This document shows, in pieces, positions 54,075 to 64,000 of a DNA stretch of 64,000 nt; the stretch's first letter is position 1, and each line of letters opens with the position of its first letter. The notes below the pieces were generated by a model, which worked only from the letters and a program-made list of their open reading frames with translations, ran no database searches and had not been told where the DNA came from. Source of the stretch: Candidatus Nomurabacteria bacterium (GTDB taxonomy: Bacteria > Patescibacteriota > Minisyncoccia > Phycocordibacterales > UBA918); assembly GCA_020631995.1 (NCBI GenBank), contig JACKGJ010000001.1, positions 97,753 to 161,752 on the forward strand. Direction: 5' to 3'. The translations under genes and the position numbers were made by a program.

Positions 54075-56255
54075 ATGAATCCTTCTGACCGATTAGCTGA
54101 ACATTTCCGAATCGACACCGCTCACCAAAAAGCCCTGAAAAAGCTCAGGATTGAAACCGTATCTGACCTCCTTCATCATCTCCCCTCACGTTATGAGGAC
54201 ATTAGTGATATTCAGTCAGTCTCTGGCCTTACAACCGGTAGTGAAGCAGTGGTATACGGTCAACTCGGTGGCCTCAAGGCACGTAAAGCTTGGAAGAGTA
54301 AACGGCCAATTGCTGAAGGGTGGCTTGAAGATGGAACGTCTCGCATCAAAGTGATGTGGTTTAACCAACCCTACCTCGCTAAGATGTATAAGGACGGACA
54401 GTATGTGAAAGCGTCGGGGAAAGTTACCGGAGTTGGAGACAAAATGTATATAGCCAACCCAGAACTCGAACCATTAGAATCACTCCCTATTGACCGACAC
54501 GATTCAATTTTCAAAAACACTGAGAACATCGACGATACTATTTATCCAGTCTACAAAGAAACAAAGGGAGTCACTAGTCGTTGGTTCTATCACACGGTAA
54601 TGAAGTGCTTTGAAGCCGGAGTACTAGAAAAGGTCACGGACCCTATCCCTACCAAAATATTGGAACGATACAAGCTCTATGAACTAAAGACTGCTCTTCG
54701 CTATATCCACTCACCCAAGAAACTAGATCATGCAACCGGTGCACGCAAGCGCTTTGCTTTTGAAGAAGTTTTCTATATCCAAGTCCAAAAAGCGATGGAG
54801 CGCGCTACGGTCTCGGCTGCCACTTCCTACAACATTGATGCTACGGGAGACAATGTAGAGGAATTTATTTCTCGTTTTCCCTTCCCTCTCACTCGCGCTC
54901 AACAAAGAGCAATTGATGAAATTCTAAAAGACTTCAGTGGACAACATGCAATGTCCCGACTCCTTGAAGGTGACGTAGGAAGCGGTAAAACAGCCGTGGC
55001 TGCAACTACAGCGTACGCTGTAGTGACTTCGCGTCCGCCTGAGGGACGTGGAACTAAAAGTGGAATCGACTATGGAAACCTTCAGGTGGCCTATATGGCG
55101 CCAACTGAAATTCTGGCCAAACAACACTTTGAAAGCTTTATCGAATACTTCGAACACCTTCCAATTCAAATCGGACTCATTACCGGTAGCGGTTGCTACA
55201 AGTTCCCGTCAAAATCCGACCCCACTAAACCTACCAAAATTTCTAAAGCTCAACTAATGAAGTGGGTTAAAAATGGTGAGGTGCCGATACTTATTGGTAC
55301 ACATGCGCTTATTTATAAAAGTGTGGAGTTTAAGCACCTGGCTTACGTCATTATTGACGAGCAACATCGTTTCGGTACCAACCAGCGTAAAGCCTTAACT
55401 AAAAAAGGCGCTCCAATGCCTCATCTTTTATCAATGACGGCTACCCCTATCCCTCGTACGCTTTCTCTCACCATTTACGGAGATCTGGACCTAACCTTAC
55501 TCGATGAGATGCCCAAAGGTCGCAAGCAAGTAATCACGAAGATAATCGGACCAAATCAACAAGAACCAATGTATGAACACGTTAAGGGTGAACTTAAAGC
55601 TGGAAGACAAGCCTACGTTATATGTCCACGTATTGATGAGCCGGACCCAGAAAAAGAAAATGCCTTAAACCTCAAGAGTGTAATCTCGGAAGCTGAACGC
55701 CTACGCACCCACGTCTTTAAGAATGCTCAGATAGATGTTCTTCATGGCAAAATGACGCCATCAGAAAAAGACAAAGTGATGAAACGTTTTCTTGACCACG
55801 AGAGTGATGTGTTGGTAGCAACTTCGGTGGTTGAAGTGGGTGTTAATGTGCCAAACGCTACCAACATCATTATTGAAGGTGCAGAACGTTTTGGACTTTC
55901 GCAGTTACACCAGCTTCGCGGTCGTGTCATTCGTGGTACATACCAGCCATACTGCTTTGCTGTTACAGAATCAAAAAGTGAAAAGACGCGTGACCGATTG
56001 AAGGCGCTCTCTACCGCCAAGAACGGTTTCGAACTCTCTGAATACGACCTACAATTCCGAGGTGCAGGTGAACTATATGGCTCCAAGCAATCCGGACTTT
56101 CTGACCTAGGTATGGAAGCACTAAAAAATCTGAAACTAGTAGAGGCTGCTCGGGCCGAAGCTCGCACCTTAGTTGAGACAGATCCAGAACTTAAAAAACA
56201 CAACAAAATAGCCGAGCGCGTCACCACACTCGGCCTAAATCTTCATTTGGAATAG
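54075..56255 (+). CDS. recG: ATP-dependent DNA helicase RecG
   Basis: 726 aa; wedge domain then GDVGSGKT, DEQHRFG, helicase C motifs (QLRGRVIRG). Confidence 0.9.
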   Translation: MNPSDRLAEHFRIDTAHQKALKKLRIETVSDLLHHLPSRYEDISDIQSVSGLTTGSEAVVYGQLGGLKARKAWKSKRPIAEGWLEDGTSRIKVMWFNQPYLAKMYKDGQYVKASGKVTGVGDKMYIANPELEPLESLPIDRHDSIFKNTENIDDTIYPVYKETKGVTSRWFYHTVMKCFEAGVLEKVTDPIPTKILERYKLYELKTALRYIHSPKKLDHATGARKRFAFEEVFYIQVQKAMERATVSAATSYNIDATGDNVEEFISRFPFPLTRAQQRAIDEILKDFSGQHAMSRLLEGDVGSGKTAVAATTAYAVVTSRPPEGRGTKSGIDYGNLQVAYMAPTEILAKQHFESFIEYFEHLPIQIGLITGSGCYKFPSKSDPTKPTKISKAQLMKWVKNGEVPILIGTHALIYKSVEFKHLAYVIIDEQHRFGTNQRKALTKKGAPMPHLLSMTATPIPRTLSLTIYGDLDLTLLDEMPKGRKQVITKIIGPNQQEPMYEHVKGELKAGRQAYVICPRIDEPDPEKENALNLKSVISEAERLRTHVFKNAQIDVLHGKMTPSEKDKVMKRFLDHESDVLVATSVVEVGVNVPNATNIIIEGAERFGLSQLHQLRGRVIRGTYQPYCFAVTESKSEKTRDRLKALSTAKNGFELSEYDLQFRGAGELYGSKQSGLSDLGMEALKNLKLVEAARAEARTLVETDPELKKHNKIAERVTTLGLNLHLE

Positions 56256-56295
56256 AGTGCCGATGAATATTTTGGGTCAATGATAGAATAAAATT

Positions 56296-57024
56296 ATGTT
56301 AGACATTATTTCCAGAGCCTGCCTACACCCGATTGATTACTCGGGAATACTACGCACAACTACGTTGCAGTTTAAAGAGAAAATTCAAGAAACCGATAAC
56401 ACATACTCATTCATATTTACAGCATCTAAACTACCAAACTGGAAGGCTGGACAACACGCTATCTTTACCCTACCCGAGGCTTATGTCGAAGGTAAAACCT
56501 GGCGACCATTTTCAGTAGCCTCTGCACCGAGTGAGAACGTTATTAGAATTGGCACCATAGTTCCGCCTGAGCCAAGTAGTTTCAAACAAAAACTAGTGTC
56601 TCTGCAACCTGGTGACAAAGTGAGAATGTTTGGACCATACGGTGAACTTTGTCTTAAGTCTAATATGAAGAAAATAGTTGCCGTCGCCGGTGGTATAGGT
56701 ATCACACCGTTTAGGGCAATCATCTGTGATTTGGCGAACAATGGAAAGAATGTAGACTTTCATTTGATTTACTCCGCTAAATCGGAACACGTGTATAAAA
56801 ATGAGCTTGAAAACTGGAAACATAAACTCCCTAATCTGAAAATTACCTACACCACCACAGCAGATGAAGTAAACGCTGAACTACTAAATGAGGTAGACAA
56901 TAGTAAGGATACTCACTTTTTACTCTCAGGTGCTCCCGGAATGATTGAAGCACTAAGAAAAAACCTCATAGATAACCAAGTCACCAAGAACCACATAATC
57001 AACGACCCATTTAAAGGATATTAG
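56296..57024 (+). CDS. ferredoxin-reductase-type FAD/NAD(P)-binding oxidoreductase
   Basis: RPFSVAS (RxYS-type FAD motif) and GGIGITPF (NAD(P) motif). Confidence 0.75.
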   Translation: MLDIISRACLHPIDYSGILRTTTLQFKEKIQETDNTYSFIFTASKLPNWKAGQHAIFTLPEAYVEGKTWRPFSVASAPSENVIRIGTIVPPEPSSFKQKLVSLQPGDKVRMFGPYGELCLKSNMKKIVAVAGGIGITPFRAIICDLANNGKNVDFHLIYSAKSEHVYKNELENWKHKLPNLKITYTTTADEVNAELLNEVDNSKDTHFLLSGAPGMIEALRKNLIDNQVTKNHIINDPFKGY

Positions 57025-57052
57025 TAACCCTGCGTGGCGTTTAAAAACTCTG

Positions 57053-57126
57053 TCCGCCCTCTTGGATTTGAACCAAGGACCCCAGAGGTATAAGCTCTGT
57101 GCTCTAACCAACTGAGCTAAGGGCGG
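57053..57126 (-). tRNA. tRNA-Ile (anticodon TAT)
   Basis: Acceptor CCGCCCT/AGGGCGG (C1:G72), D arm GCTC-AGTTGGTTA-GAGC, anticodon stem CAGAG/CTCTG with loop CTTATAC, T arm CTTGG-TTCAAAT-CCAAG. Confidence 0.8.
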
Positions 57127-57257
57127 ACACAACCTTCAAATCGCACACGAATTAGACCCTACTTTATAGCATCTTAAGACACTGTGCAAAACTGAACATT
57201 TTTATCAAATGCGCTGATACAATAGTTTTAACCTTTTAACAAGTTAAATAAATCATA

Positions 57258-57677
57258 ATGAGTCAAAGAACTATGCACGAAGTGGCCAAGTTTGCGAGCG
57301 GTTTAGTAGCCGCTGATTTAGCAACCAACATCTGGTTTGCATATAGTGACATCCTTCCTATTACCACTATGGGTGTCACCATAACCGAATCAATGATCTG
57401 GCCAGCAATTGTCTTCGATATTGCAGCTCTATCATTCTTGGTCCACTACGCCTGGAGAATTGGCAACATACCATCTCTTCGTGAGCGCAGTTACTTAATG
57501 CTTGCCGGCCTTGTTTTCGCTAGTGTAGCTGTGATTCACTTTGCTCGCATTCTATTTGATGTAGATGTAGCAGTAATGGGTTACGAGGCTCCACACTGGA
57601 TCTCTTGGACCGCTAGCATCGTCACCGCTTACTTGGCCTATATGAGTTTCCGTCTAGCTACTCGGTTGAAGGCGTAA
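57258..57677 (+). CDS. hypothetical membrane protein (139 aa)
   Basis: Four hydrophobic helices; terminator downstream. Confidence 0.6.
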   Translation: MSQRTMHEVAKFASGLVAADLATNIWFAYSDILPITTMGVTITESMIWPAIVFDIAALSFLVHYAWRIGNIPSLRERSYLMLAGLVFASVAVIHFARILFDVDVAVMGYEAPHWISWTASIVTAYLAYMSFRLATRLKA

Positions 57678-57700
57678 CGTTAGAGGTAGTTTAAAAAGAA

Positions 57701-57731
57701 ACCGGCAGTCCTTATGGACTGCCGGTTTTTT
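57701..57731. terminator. bidirectional terminator (57258 gene / ftsH)
   Basis: ACCGGCAGTCC-TTAT-GGACTGCCGGT flanked by A and T runs. Confidence 0.8.
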
Positions 57732-57750
57732 AGTTTAATTGTCTATGTTT

Positions 57751-59769
57751 TTAGACCTCCTTGCCTTTCATATGGTCCGCATCGAATTCAATAGCTCTTG
57801 TGGGGTCACCTAGTCTCTCTTCTTCTAGACGTTGATCGCGATAGAAATCTCTTATCTCCACTCCCTCTGCCTTAAGTATCGCTTCGTACTCCTCGCGCTC
57901 CAAAGTCTCCACTTCCAAAAGACGCATAGAGATGGCATCAAGTGCCTTACGATTCTGAGACAAGATTTCCTTTGCGGTTTCCATTCCTGTCGATATCAGT
58001 TTTGAAACTTCCTCATCAATCGACTTAGCTACATCAGGAGAATAACCACGGTCTTCTCCCACTCCACCACCAATCAAACGTCCACCAGAACCTTCAAAGG
58101 CCACAGCACCGAGCTTATCGCTCATACCATACTTAGTGACCATATCGCGAGCAAGATTTGCCACAACCTGCAAGTCATTTGATGGACCGGTGGTTAGGTC
58201 ATCAAATATCATCACCTCTGCCACATACCCGCCCAAAGTCATAGCAATATCGTCAATAAACTCCTTACGAGAATGCATCTTCCGGTCTTGATCCGGAAGC
58301 TTCAAAGTATATCCAGCTGCTCGTCCACGAGAGATAATAGATATTTTCTGTACTGGGTCAGCATATGGCAAGACTGAAGCAACTAGAGCGTGACCAGCTT
58401 CGTGATAGGCAGTTACCTCCCTTTCTTTTTTAGAGAGTAAGTGACTTTTGCGCTCTGGACCAAGCATCACCTTTTCAATCGAACGAATAATATCAAACTG
58501 GGACACCGTCTTACGTTCTTCGCGCGCAGCCAAGATAGCTGCTTCGTTCATTAGAGATTGTAGGTCAGCTCCAGAGAATCCAGGGGTACGTGTAGCGACT
58601 GTGGCTAGATTCACATCTTCTGCTAGTGGCTTCTTGCGCGCATGTATCTTCAAAATGGCCTCACGGTCATCACGGTCAGGTAGGTCAATGGTGACACGCC
58701 GATCGAAGCGACCAGGGCGCACGAGGGCCGGGTCTAATACATCTGGACGGTTAGTAGCCGCCATCACAATCACCTTTTCAGTTGGCTCAAAACCATCCAT
58801 TTCCACCAGTATCTGGTTTAGCGTTTGTTCACGCTCATCGTTTCCGCCACCTATACCAGTACCACGGATGCGTCCTACCGCATCAATTTCATCTACAAAG
58901 ATAATGGCTGGAGCCGCCTTCTTCGCCATCTGGAATAGATCACGTACTCGACTTGCTCCAACACCGACAAACATCTCTACGAATTCTGAACCAGAGATTG
59001 AAAAGAAAGGCACACCAGCCTCACCTGCTACCGCACGTGCCAGTAAGGTCTTTCCAGTACCAGCCGGACCCATCAAGAGTACTCCCTTAGGAATTTCTGC
59101 ACCGATATCTAGAAACTTTTTCGGGTTCTTCAAGAAGTCCACAATCTCTTCGAGTTCTTGCTTCGCTTCTTTAGCACCGGCAACATCTTTAAAAGTCACT
59201 TTCTGTGATTGATCATTAGGGTCAATCACTCTAGCTTTGGACATTCCAAAGTTCAGTGCCTGCATTCCAGCTCCACGCATTGAGCGGGTGAAGAACCAGA
59301 TAATTAGGAGGAGAAAAATTATCGGGAAGATAAAAGGAGCAAAGGTAGAGAGGTAGTATGAGAAGCCAGTCTCCTTCTGCACATCAATAGTCACACCTGC
59401 AATCTGCTCTGAAGTCACACCAAGGTTAGCGAGTGTTTCTGTGATAGAGGCATCGGTTTCTTTCTTGCCTTCAGCCTTAGGTTTAGAATCATCCTTGTAT
59501 GAAACTTCGAGCTTCGAACCTCGTACAATAATCTCACTGACCTCACCAGCCTTCACACCTTCAGCTATCGCTGATAATGAAGCCTCTACCGGTTCTTCCT
59601 GACGTTCTGCTATATATGAATACCCAGCTACGACCAGCATCAACACTAAAATCGTCGACAACATATTGTTCCAGAAATTGCCTGGACCAACCGGCATCTT
59701 CTTCATAAGGTCAGATGAACGGTTCTTCTTCTCCCCTTCCTTTTTGTTCTTAATTTTTTTATCACTCAT
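57751..59769 (-). CDS. ftsH: ATP-dependent zinc metalloprotease FtsH
   Basis: GPAGTGKT Walker A, AAA SRH region, HEAGHA zinc motif. Start at MSDKKIKN, supported by TATAAT 10 nt upstream. Confidence 0.95.
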   Translation of the reverse strand: MSDKKIKNKKEGEKKNRSSDLMKKMPVGPGNFWNNMLSTILVLMLVVAGYSYIAERQEEPVEASLSAIAEGVKAGEVSEIIVRGSKLEVSYKDDSKPKAEGKKETDASITETLANLGVTSEQIAGVTIDVQKETGFSYYLSTFAPFIFPIIFLLLIIWFFTRSMRGAGMQALNFGMSKARVIDPNDQSQKVTFKDVAGAKEAKQELEEIVDFLKNPKKFLDIGAEIPKGVLLMGPAGTGKTLLARAVAGEAGVPFFSISGSEFVEMFVGVGASRVRDLFQMAKKAAPAIIFVDEIDAVGRIRGTGIGGGNDEREQTLNQILVEMDGFEPTEKVIVMAATNRPDVLDPALVRPGRFDRRVTIDLPDRDDREAILKIHARKKPLAEDVNLATVATRTPGFSGADLQSLMNEAAILAAREERKTVSQFDIIRSIEKVMLGPERKSHLLSKKEREVTAYHEAGHALVASVLPYADPVQKISIISRGRAAGYTLKLPDQDRKMHSRKEFIDDIAMTLGGYVAEVMIFDDLTTGPSNDLQVVANLARDMVTKYGMSDKLGAVAFEGSGGRLIGGGVGEDRGYSPDVAKSIDEEVSKLISTGMETAKEILSQNRKALDAISMRLLEVETLEREEYEAILKAEGVEIRDFYRDQRLEEERLGDPTRAIEFDADHMKGKEV

Positions 59770-59779
59770 ATTGCAGGTG

Positions 59780-59785
59780 ATTATA
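59780..59785 (-). promoter_or_regulatory. -10 box (TGTATAAT) 10 nt upstream of the ftsH ATG
   Basis: Minus-strand read TTTTCTGTATAATCACCTGCAATATGAGT. Confidence 0.45.
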
Positions 59786-59832
59786 CAGAAAACGCCCGCA
59801 TTTGCGAGCGTTTCCACAAGATAGTCAGACCA

Positions 59833-60000
59833 TCAAAGGTGCCTCTGTACCGAAGAAATCAGGTCGGCCCAACTTTGGCGGTCGAGAATCAGTCGGAGCT
59901 CTTTTTCATCACCCCTCTCCCCTCGTTCGCGAGCAACAACCGAGAGTCTGTCCCCAGACACACGTCCTACCTGGACCTCCAAAGTACGACCGTTGGACAT
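59833..60000 (-). CDS. possible small protein (55 aa) in a G+C-richer spacer
   Basis: MSNGRTLEVQVGRVSGDRLSVVARERGERGDEKELRLILDRQSWADLISSVQRHL. Three overlapping track ORFs on both strands here, so coding status is uncertain. Confidence 0.3.
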   Translation of the reverse strand: MSNGRTLEVQVGRVSGDRLSVVARERGERGDEKELRLILDRQSWADLISSVQRHL

Positions 60001-60098
60001 GAATTTAGTAACACCTTCTGTATTTGGCACGGCACTCTCCTGTGGTTTGTTTACATTAACTGCTTTGCAGACTATAGTTTCTAGAATAAAAGTCAAAT

Positions 60099-60545
60099 AT
60101 GAGCGACCTGATTAGAAATAAAAAAGTTGGATTTAACTTTGAACTCCTCGAACGCTATGAAGCGGGCGTGGAACTTTTAGGTACCGAAGTGAAGTCTTTG
60201 CGTAATGGTCAGGGCAAACTTGAAGGCTCGCATATAATAGTGCGGGGAGATGAAGCTTACTTAGTAGGCGCCTCCATACCAGCCTTTCAGAAGGCCAATG
60301 CCCCGAAGGACTATGAGCCAGAGCGGGTTCGTAGATTATTGTTGAAGAAAAAAGAGATTTTGGAGTTATTCACAGAGAGTGAAAAGCGTGGTTTGACAGT
60401 AGTGCCAGTTCGGTGGTATAATAAAGACAGTAAGTTGAAACTCGAAATCGCAGTTGGTCGTGGAAAAAAGAAGTACGACAAACGCGAGGCAATCAAGGGT
60501 CGCGACACCAAGCGATCCATCGAGCGGATATTAAAAGGTGAATAA
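60099..60545 (+). CDS. smpB: SsrA-binding protein SmpB
   Basis: 148 aa; NKKVGFNFELLERYEAGVELLGTEVKSLR typical SmpB N-terminus; tmRNA downstream. Confidence 0.95.
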   Translation: MSDLIRNKKVGFNFELLERYEAGVELLGTEVKSLRNGQGKLEGSHIIVRGDEAYLVGASIPAFQKANAPKDYEPERVRRLLLKKKEILELFTESEKRGLTVVPVRWYNKDSKLKLEIAVGRGKKKYDKREAIKGRDTKRSIERILKGE

Positions 60546-60546
60546 G

Positions 60547-60609
60547 CTCAGTTACTAAGTAGTGGTTAGCAACAAGAATTTATATTCTTGCTACTACTTA
60601 GTAACTGAG
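60547..60609 (+). terminator. long hairpin/terminator after smpB
   Basis: 17-bp stem CTCAGTTACTAAGTAGT / ACTACTTAGTAACTGAG with an inner stem. Confidence 0.55.
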
Positions 60610-60642
60610 TTATGTTTGGCACTTGGAAACGGGGAGGAAGAG

Positions 60643-60906
60643 ATGGAAACTGTACTTTACGAAAATGAGGAGATAGAACTGGGGGCAACAACACAAACTC
60701 CCTTCTGTAACACAATGGAGGCCAAACGTCTGGCCATCATTGAAATGCAGAAAGGACTTACACCCTACGATGAGAAAGTTGTGCTTGACTACCTTGAGCA
60801 CTGCAGTGAATTTCGTCTTTCTGAACTTTTTTCCGGTGAAGAGCTGGAAGAGATCAGGGAGAACATCGCGGTCGACTTGTTGGTGTTGAAAATGATTCTT
60901 CATTGA
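60643..60906 (+). CDS. hypothetical acidic protein (87 aa)
   Basis: Start METVLYENEE preceded by GGGGAGGAAG; the upstream part of the track ORF lies inside the smpB terminator hairpin. Confidence 0.5.
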   Translation: METVLYENEEIELGATTQTPFCNTMEAKRLAIIEMQKGLTPYDEKVVLDYLEHCSEFRLSELFSGEELEEIRENIAVDLLVLKMILH

Positions 60907-60994
60907 CGAGCTGGACCCACTACCCACACATGCGATGGCGGCCAACACCCGCCCTCGCATTCCCTCAAAGCACGGAATAATTTCTTTATTTTGA

Positions 60995-61374
60995 GGGGAT
61001 GACAGGCATCGACGGTTTGCATCGTTCATCCACGCAATGCCGAAATTGGAATCAATTCGTTAAGAGGTTCCATCTGTATCTGCAAACAAAGCAATACCAA
61101 GTCCGTTCTCATACGGATTCGCCTTCGCTCGAGCGTAAGTTCGCGTAGGTGACGCTAACCCGCCCTATGTCTAATAAGGTGGCGTTAGTGGAATAGCATT
61201 AGGCTCTAGATAATTAATTTGTTCCATTAGTTATCCGAATTGTTAGGGACTGCTCGCAGTGAGGTTTTGCTAAATTTTTCACTCACTACGCTAAGATTAA
61301 AACTTAGCTATGCATTGTAGAAGTGTATGGACGACCATTCTCGGACGGGAGTTCAACTCTCCCCATCTCCACCA
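60995..61374 (+). ncRNA. ssrA: tmRNA (SsrA)
   Basis: 5' GGGGATGACAGGCATCGACGG, 3' GGACGGGAGTTCAACTCTCCCCATCTCCACCA with G3:U70. Tag ORF 61082-61138 encodes ANKAIPSPFSYGFAFARA*. Confidence 0.92.
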
Positions 61375-61380
61375 AATCTG

Positions 61381-61420
61381 AAGCAAAACGAGCCTTATTT
61401 TATAAGGCTCGTTTTGCTGT
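61381..61420 (+). terminator. terminator after tmRNA
   Basis: AAGCAAAACGAGCCTT-ATTTTAT-AAGGCTCGTTTTGCT. Confidence 0.75.
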
Positions 61421-61464
61421 ATTTGGGAGAGATGTTTGGGAGATAACTAAGTCATCTTTCTTAT

Positions 61465-62082
61465 TTAATTTTTACCACCTTTCACTAATAGCCAGATTGA
61501 AAATGCCATCTCTCCAAAAATACTTGGAATAGCTACTAATGTTAAAAAGATACCAGCATACAAATGATAGTTCTCTAGCAAAAAGTGTGCCCCCGTATCA
61601 ACTATATACATTACACCAGCCGCAAAAAGCAGATACGGAATAAAGGTTATATGTTTGACGATACGACTGAGACACAAAAGATGCACTCCAAAGAATAATA
61701 GGCCAATGAGCCAAATGTTATTAAAAACTGTCACTTGAGCCAGTATTGCCTGAGCACTGTCTTCAACAAAAACATTAAGTAGGGCAAAAACAGCAACTCC
61801 CATAATAATGGCGTGTGCTAGACGAAAATAGGTACTCGGTAGTGAAAGTGGGTGTGATTTATAGAGATCGTAAAGTGCCCAAGCTACAATGACATCAAAC
61901 ACAGCTGTAATAAGGAACGCCATAATACCAACACGAACTATAAAAGACTGTTCAGCTATGGCCTCAAGTGGGCTCTGAAGTAATAGGTCAAGAACAAAAA
62001 AATTGGCAAAGATGGCAGCAACAAAAATGACTAGATAGCTACTACCAGCAATCAATGCGAGTTGTCGTGATGATATGAGCAT
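61465..62082 (-). CDS. polytopic membrane protein (DUF4386-like)
   Basis: 205 aa, 6 TM helices; family call from memory only. Confidence 0.6.
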   Translation of the reverse strand: MLISSRQLALIAGSSYLVIFVAAIFANFFVLDLLLQSPLEAIAEQSFIVRVGIMAFLITAVFDVIVAWALYDLYKSHPLSLPSTYFRLAHAIIMGVAVFALLNVFVEDSAQAILAQVTVFNNIWLIGLLFFGVHLLCLSRIVKHITFIPYLLFAAGVMYIVDTGAHFLLENYHLYAGIFLTLVAIPSIFGEMAFSIWLLVKGGKN

Positions 62083-62212
62083 ATAAATAAACTATACACT
62101 AAACTAAATATCCTTCCTGACCAAAATCCACTGTTTTAAAATTTATAGACTTACTAAAAGAAAAGGCGTCCCGCATACACGGAACGCCCTTTTGAGTTCA
62201 TTCAACCCGAGC

Positions 62213-63367
62213 TCAGGATGTGGGTAACCTAGTTGCCGAAAGAAGGCCCTCATTTACCCAGCTATGAAATCCTTGTTCCATAGAACTATTATCAGAATTT
62301 CTCTCAAGAGAGTTAATTTTGTGAACAACCTGTTCTATCTGCAGGGCTGAGGTAGTGCCAGCTACTACCACCGCCACTATCCATACGACGGCCAAGACAA
62401 CTGTTTTTTGGACGGTAAAGAAATTACGTTTAACCAAGAGACTAGCGCCAACCACAATAAGAACAATCAGCGGGATCGCCAAGGCAACAAACGATGAGAC
62501 TATCACTACCGCTCCGAGTGCACTACCTTGTATTATCTCAAGCACAATTTGAACTTCTTCAGGAAATAAAATCTTATCGGATAGAAGAACTACGCTGTAT
62601 CCAGATACCATGCCTGCAATTCCTAAGGCACCACCTACTATGAAAGCAATACCGACAACATATCGAGCTAGAACAATAATAAACTTAACTAAAGCACCCA
62701 GCACCTGAAACAACTTATTTAAAAGATTACGCAAGTTTATCCAAATACCGTTGGCTGTCTCAAAATCAGTCTCCTCTATGCTTTTAATATTTTTTTTTAC
62801 CCTTTCTGTTATCTCCTTTAATGTCACCCTCTCTCCTCGCATGGCGTACTTATCGGCAGTTGTGGTAGCTACTGGGACAACTAGCCACAAAATAATATAG
62901 GCCAGAATACCTAAACCATTGAAGAAAATTGATATTACAAAAACAAGCCTGACAATCACTGGATCAATGTCGAAGTATCTAGCTATCCCGGATGCAATAC
63001 CAGCAATAATGGCATCGTCTGTATCTCGGTATAATCTTTTCTTCGGTTCATCACCAGATTGTTCGGTATCCTCCGAACCATCAACCCTTTCTCCAGGATT
63101 CTCACCTTCACCAAAATCAGCTGGACTGCCCATTTCACTGATTACTAACTCAACATCAGTCGGTGTCACTGCTATTTTTTCATTTTTCTTCTGTGCGATA
63201 AATTTTTCCGCAATTGCACGCTCAACATCCTCAATAATTTCTTGCGCATCGTCACTGCTCGCAAGATTACTTTTAATTTGCTCTAGATATAACACTAGGA
63301 TGTCATAGGCTTCTTGTTCAATAGCAAATACGACGCTACCGATTGTGATATTAATTACTTTTTTCAT
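62213..63367 (-). CDS. PspC-domain membrane protein
   Basis: KRLYRDTDDAIIAGIASGIARYFDIDPVIVRLVFVISIFFNGLGILAYIILWLVVP is a PspC domain; overlaps the padR stop (operon). Confidence 0.8.
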   Translation of the reverse strand: MKKVINITIGSVVFAIEQEAYDILVLYLEQIKSNLASSDDAQEIIEDVERAIAEKFIAQKKNEKIAVTPTDVELVISEMGSPADFGEGENPGERVDGSEDTEQSGDEPKKRLYRDTDDAIIAGIASGIARYFDIDPVIVRLVFVISIFFNGLGILAYIILWLVVPVATTTADKYAMRGERVTLKEITERVKKNIKSIEETDFETANGIWINLRNLLNKLFQVLGALVKFIIVLARYVVGIAFIVGGALGIAGMVSGYSVVLLSDKILFPEEVQIVLEIIQGSALGAVVIVSSFVALAIPLIVLIVVGASLLVKRNFFTVQKTVVLAVVWIVAVVVAGTTSALQIEQVVHKINSLERNSDNSSMEQGFHSWVNEGLLSATRLPTS

Positions 63368-63713
63368 AGTGTTTAATTAAAGTGTTTACCGAATCATCTA
63401 GTGATTTCCATGAGGCTTCTAATTGTTGCAATATCTCCTTTCCCTGTTCAGTCATTGTGTACATCTTTCGTGGTGGACCACTTTTACTTTCTTGCCATTC
63501 ATACTCCACTAAACCAGAACTCTTAAGCCGAGAAAGAAGTGGATAGAGTGTTCCCTCCACCACCAAGAGATTAGCGTTTTTGAGTTGCTTCAGGATATCT
63601 GGTGCGTAGGTTGGTTTAGCACCAATTATTAAAAGTACCGGAAACTCAAGAAAGCCCTTTCGCATCTGCGACTTAGCATTTTCTATATTGTATTGTGGCT
63701 TTTCATCACTCAT
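63351..63713 (-). CDS. PadR-family transcriptional regulator
   Basis: LVVEGTLYPLLSRLKSSGLVEYEWQESKSGPPRKMYTMTEQG winged-helix PadR signature. Confidence 0.85.
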   Translation of the reverse strand: MSDEKPQYNIENAKSQMRKGFLEFPVLLIIGAKPTYAPDILKQLKNANLLVVEGTLYPLLSRLKSSGLVEYEWQESKSGPPRKMYTMTEQGKEILQQLEASWKSLDDSVNTLIKHYEKSN

Positions 63714-63875
63714 ATTCGGAGTGTATCATGTGGTACTTTGTATTGCAAGGTACCTTATTAACATGTGTTATTCCCTATTTTCAAGTTAGTTATAGTTACG
63801 AAGAATCCACCACTTCTGTTTGACACAGAAACGAACTGGGGACACTATATTAAAGGCAACGAGGAGGCAACGGCC

Positions 63876-64000
63876 ATGGAAAGTGCGGACGACATTTGGT
63901 GGGTGGTGAGCATGATCATTTTCGTATTGGGAGTTACCGCCATCCCATCAGCTTGGTGGCTCACAAAATGTGACTCACTGCGCCGGTGGCACAGCCGGTT
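63876..64000 (+). CDS. hypothetical membrane protein, 5' fragment (runs off the window)
   Basis: GAGGAGG 9 nt upstream of the ATG; MESADDIWWVVSMIIFVLGVTAIPSAWWLTKCDSLRRWHSR...; G+C-richer than its surroundings. Confidence 0.4.
   Translation, partial: MESADDIWWVVSMIIFVLGVTAIPSAWWLTKCDSLRRWHSR

Noticed and set aside
60610-61532. 139-aa minus ORF and 69-aa plus ORF around tmRNA
   Set aside because: The first is antisense to the 87-aa SD-preceded ORF and to the 5' part of tmRNA. The second overlaps the tmRNA 3' end and its terminator.

Overview
This 64 kb window comes from a small-genome, moderately AT-rich bacterium. The gene content looks CPR/Patescibacteria-like, which is an inference from gene content only. 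The genetic code is standard: an RF2 gene is present and UGA is used as a stop, for example at the end of tsaD. Most of the window is dense housekeeping: valS, tsaD, lepA, murJ, ftsEX, prfB, gatCA, ligA, recG, ftsH, smpB, gdh, a malic enzyme and a DEAD-box helicase. A complete type IV pilus/competence cluster without a secretin occupies about 35.2-48.8 kb: four minor pilins, pilD, two major pilins, pilC, pilT, a CheY-like receiver, pilB, pilMNO and comF. RNA genes I could fold by eye are 11 tRNAs, RNase P RNA (15.1-15.5 kb, under spurious track ORFs) and tmRNA downstream of smpB. I saw no CRISPR array, transposase, integrase or recognisable defence operon. The unusual content is non-coding. 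(1) One tRNA(CAU) with initiator-like features is split by a 261-nt group I intron. (2) Five tRNA genes are followed by composite hairpin elements that carry sense and antisense copies of that tRNA's own 3' half. Their conserved core shows compensatory stem changes and recurs at non-tRNA sites. (3) A second family of rod-like palindromic elements sits at the edges of and inside the pilus cluster. (4) A paralogous pair of ~165-nt hairpin-rich leaders lies upstream of ftsB and gatC. (5) G+C-richer islets next to the tRNA-Ser pair hold small Cys-containing ORFs and an attenuator-like leader. (6) Many genes have a -10 box only 8-11 nt from the start codon. All folds, motifs and family calls were made by eye and need computational confirmation.
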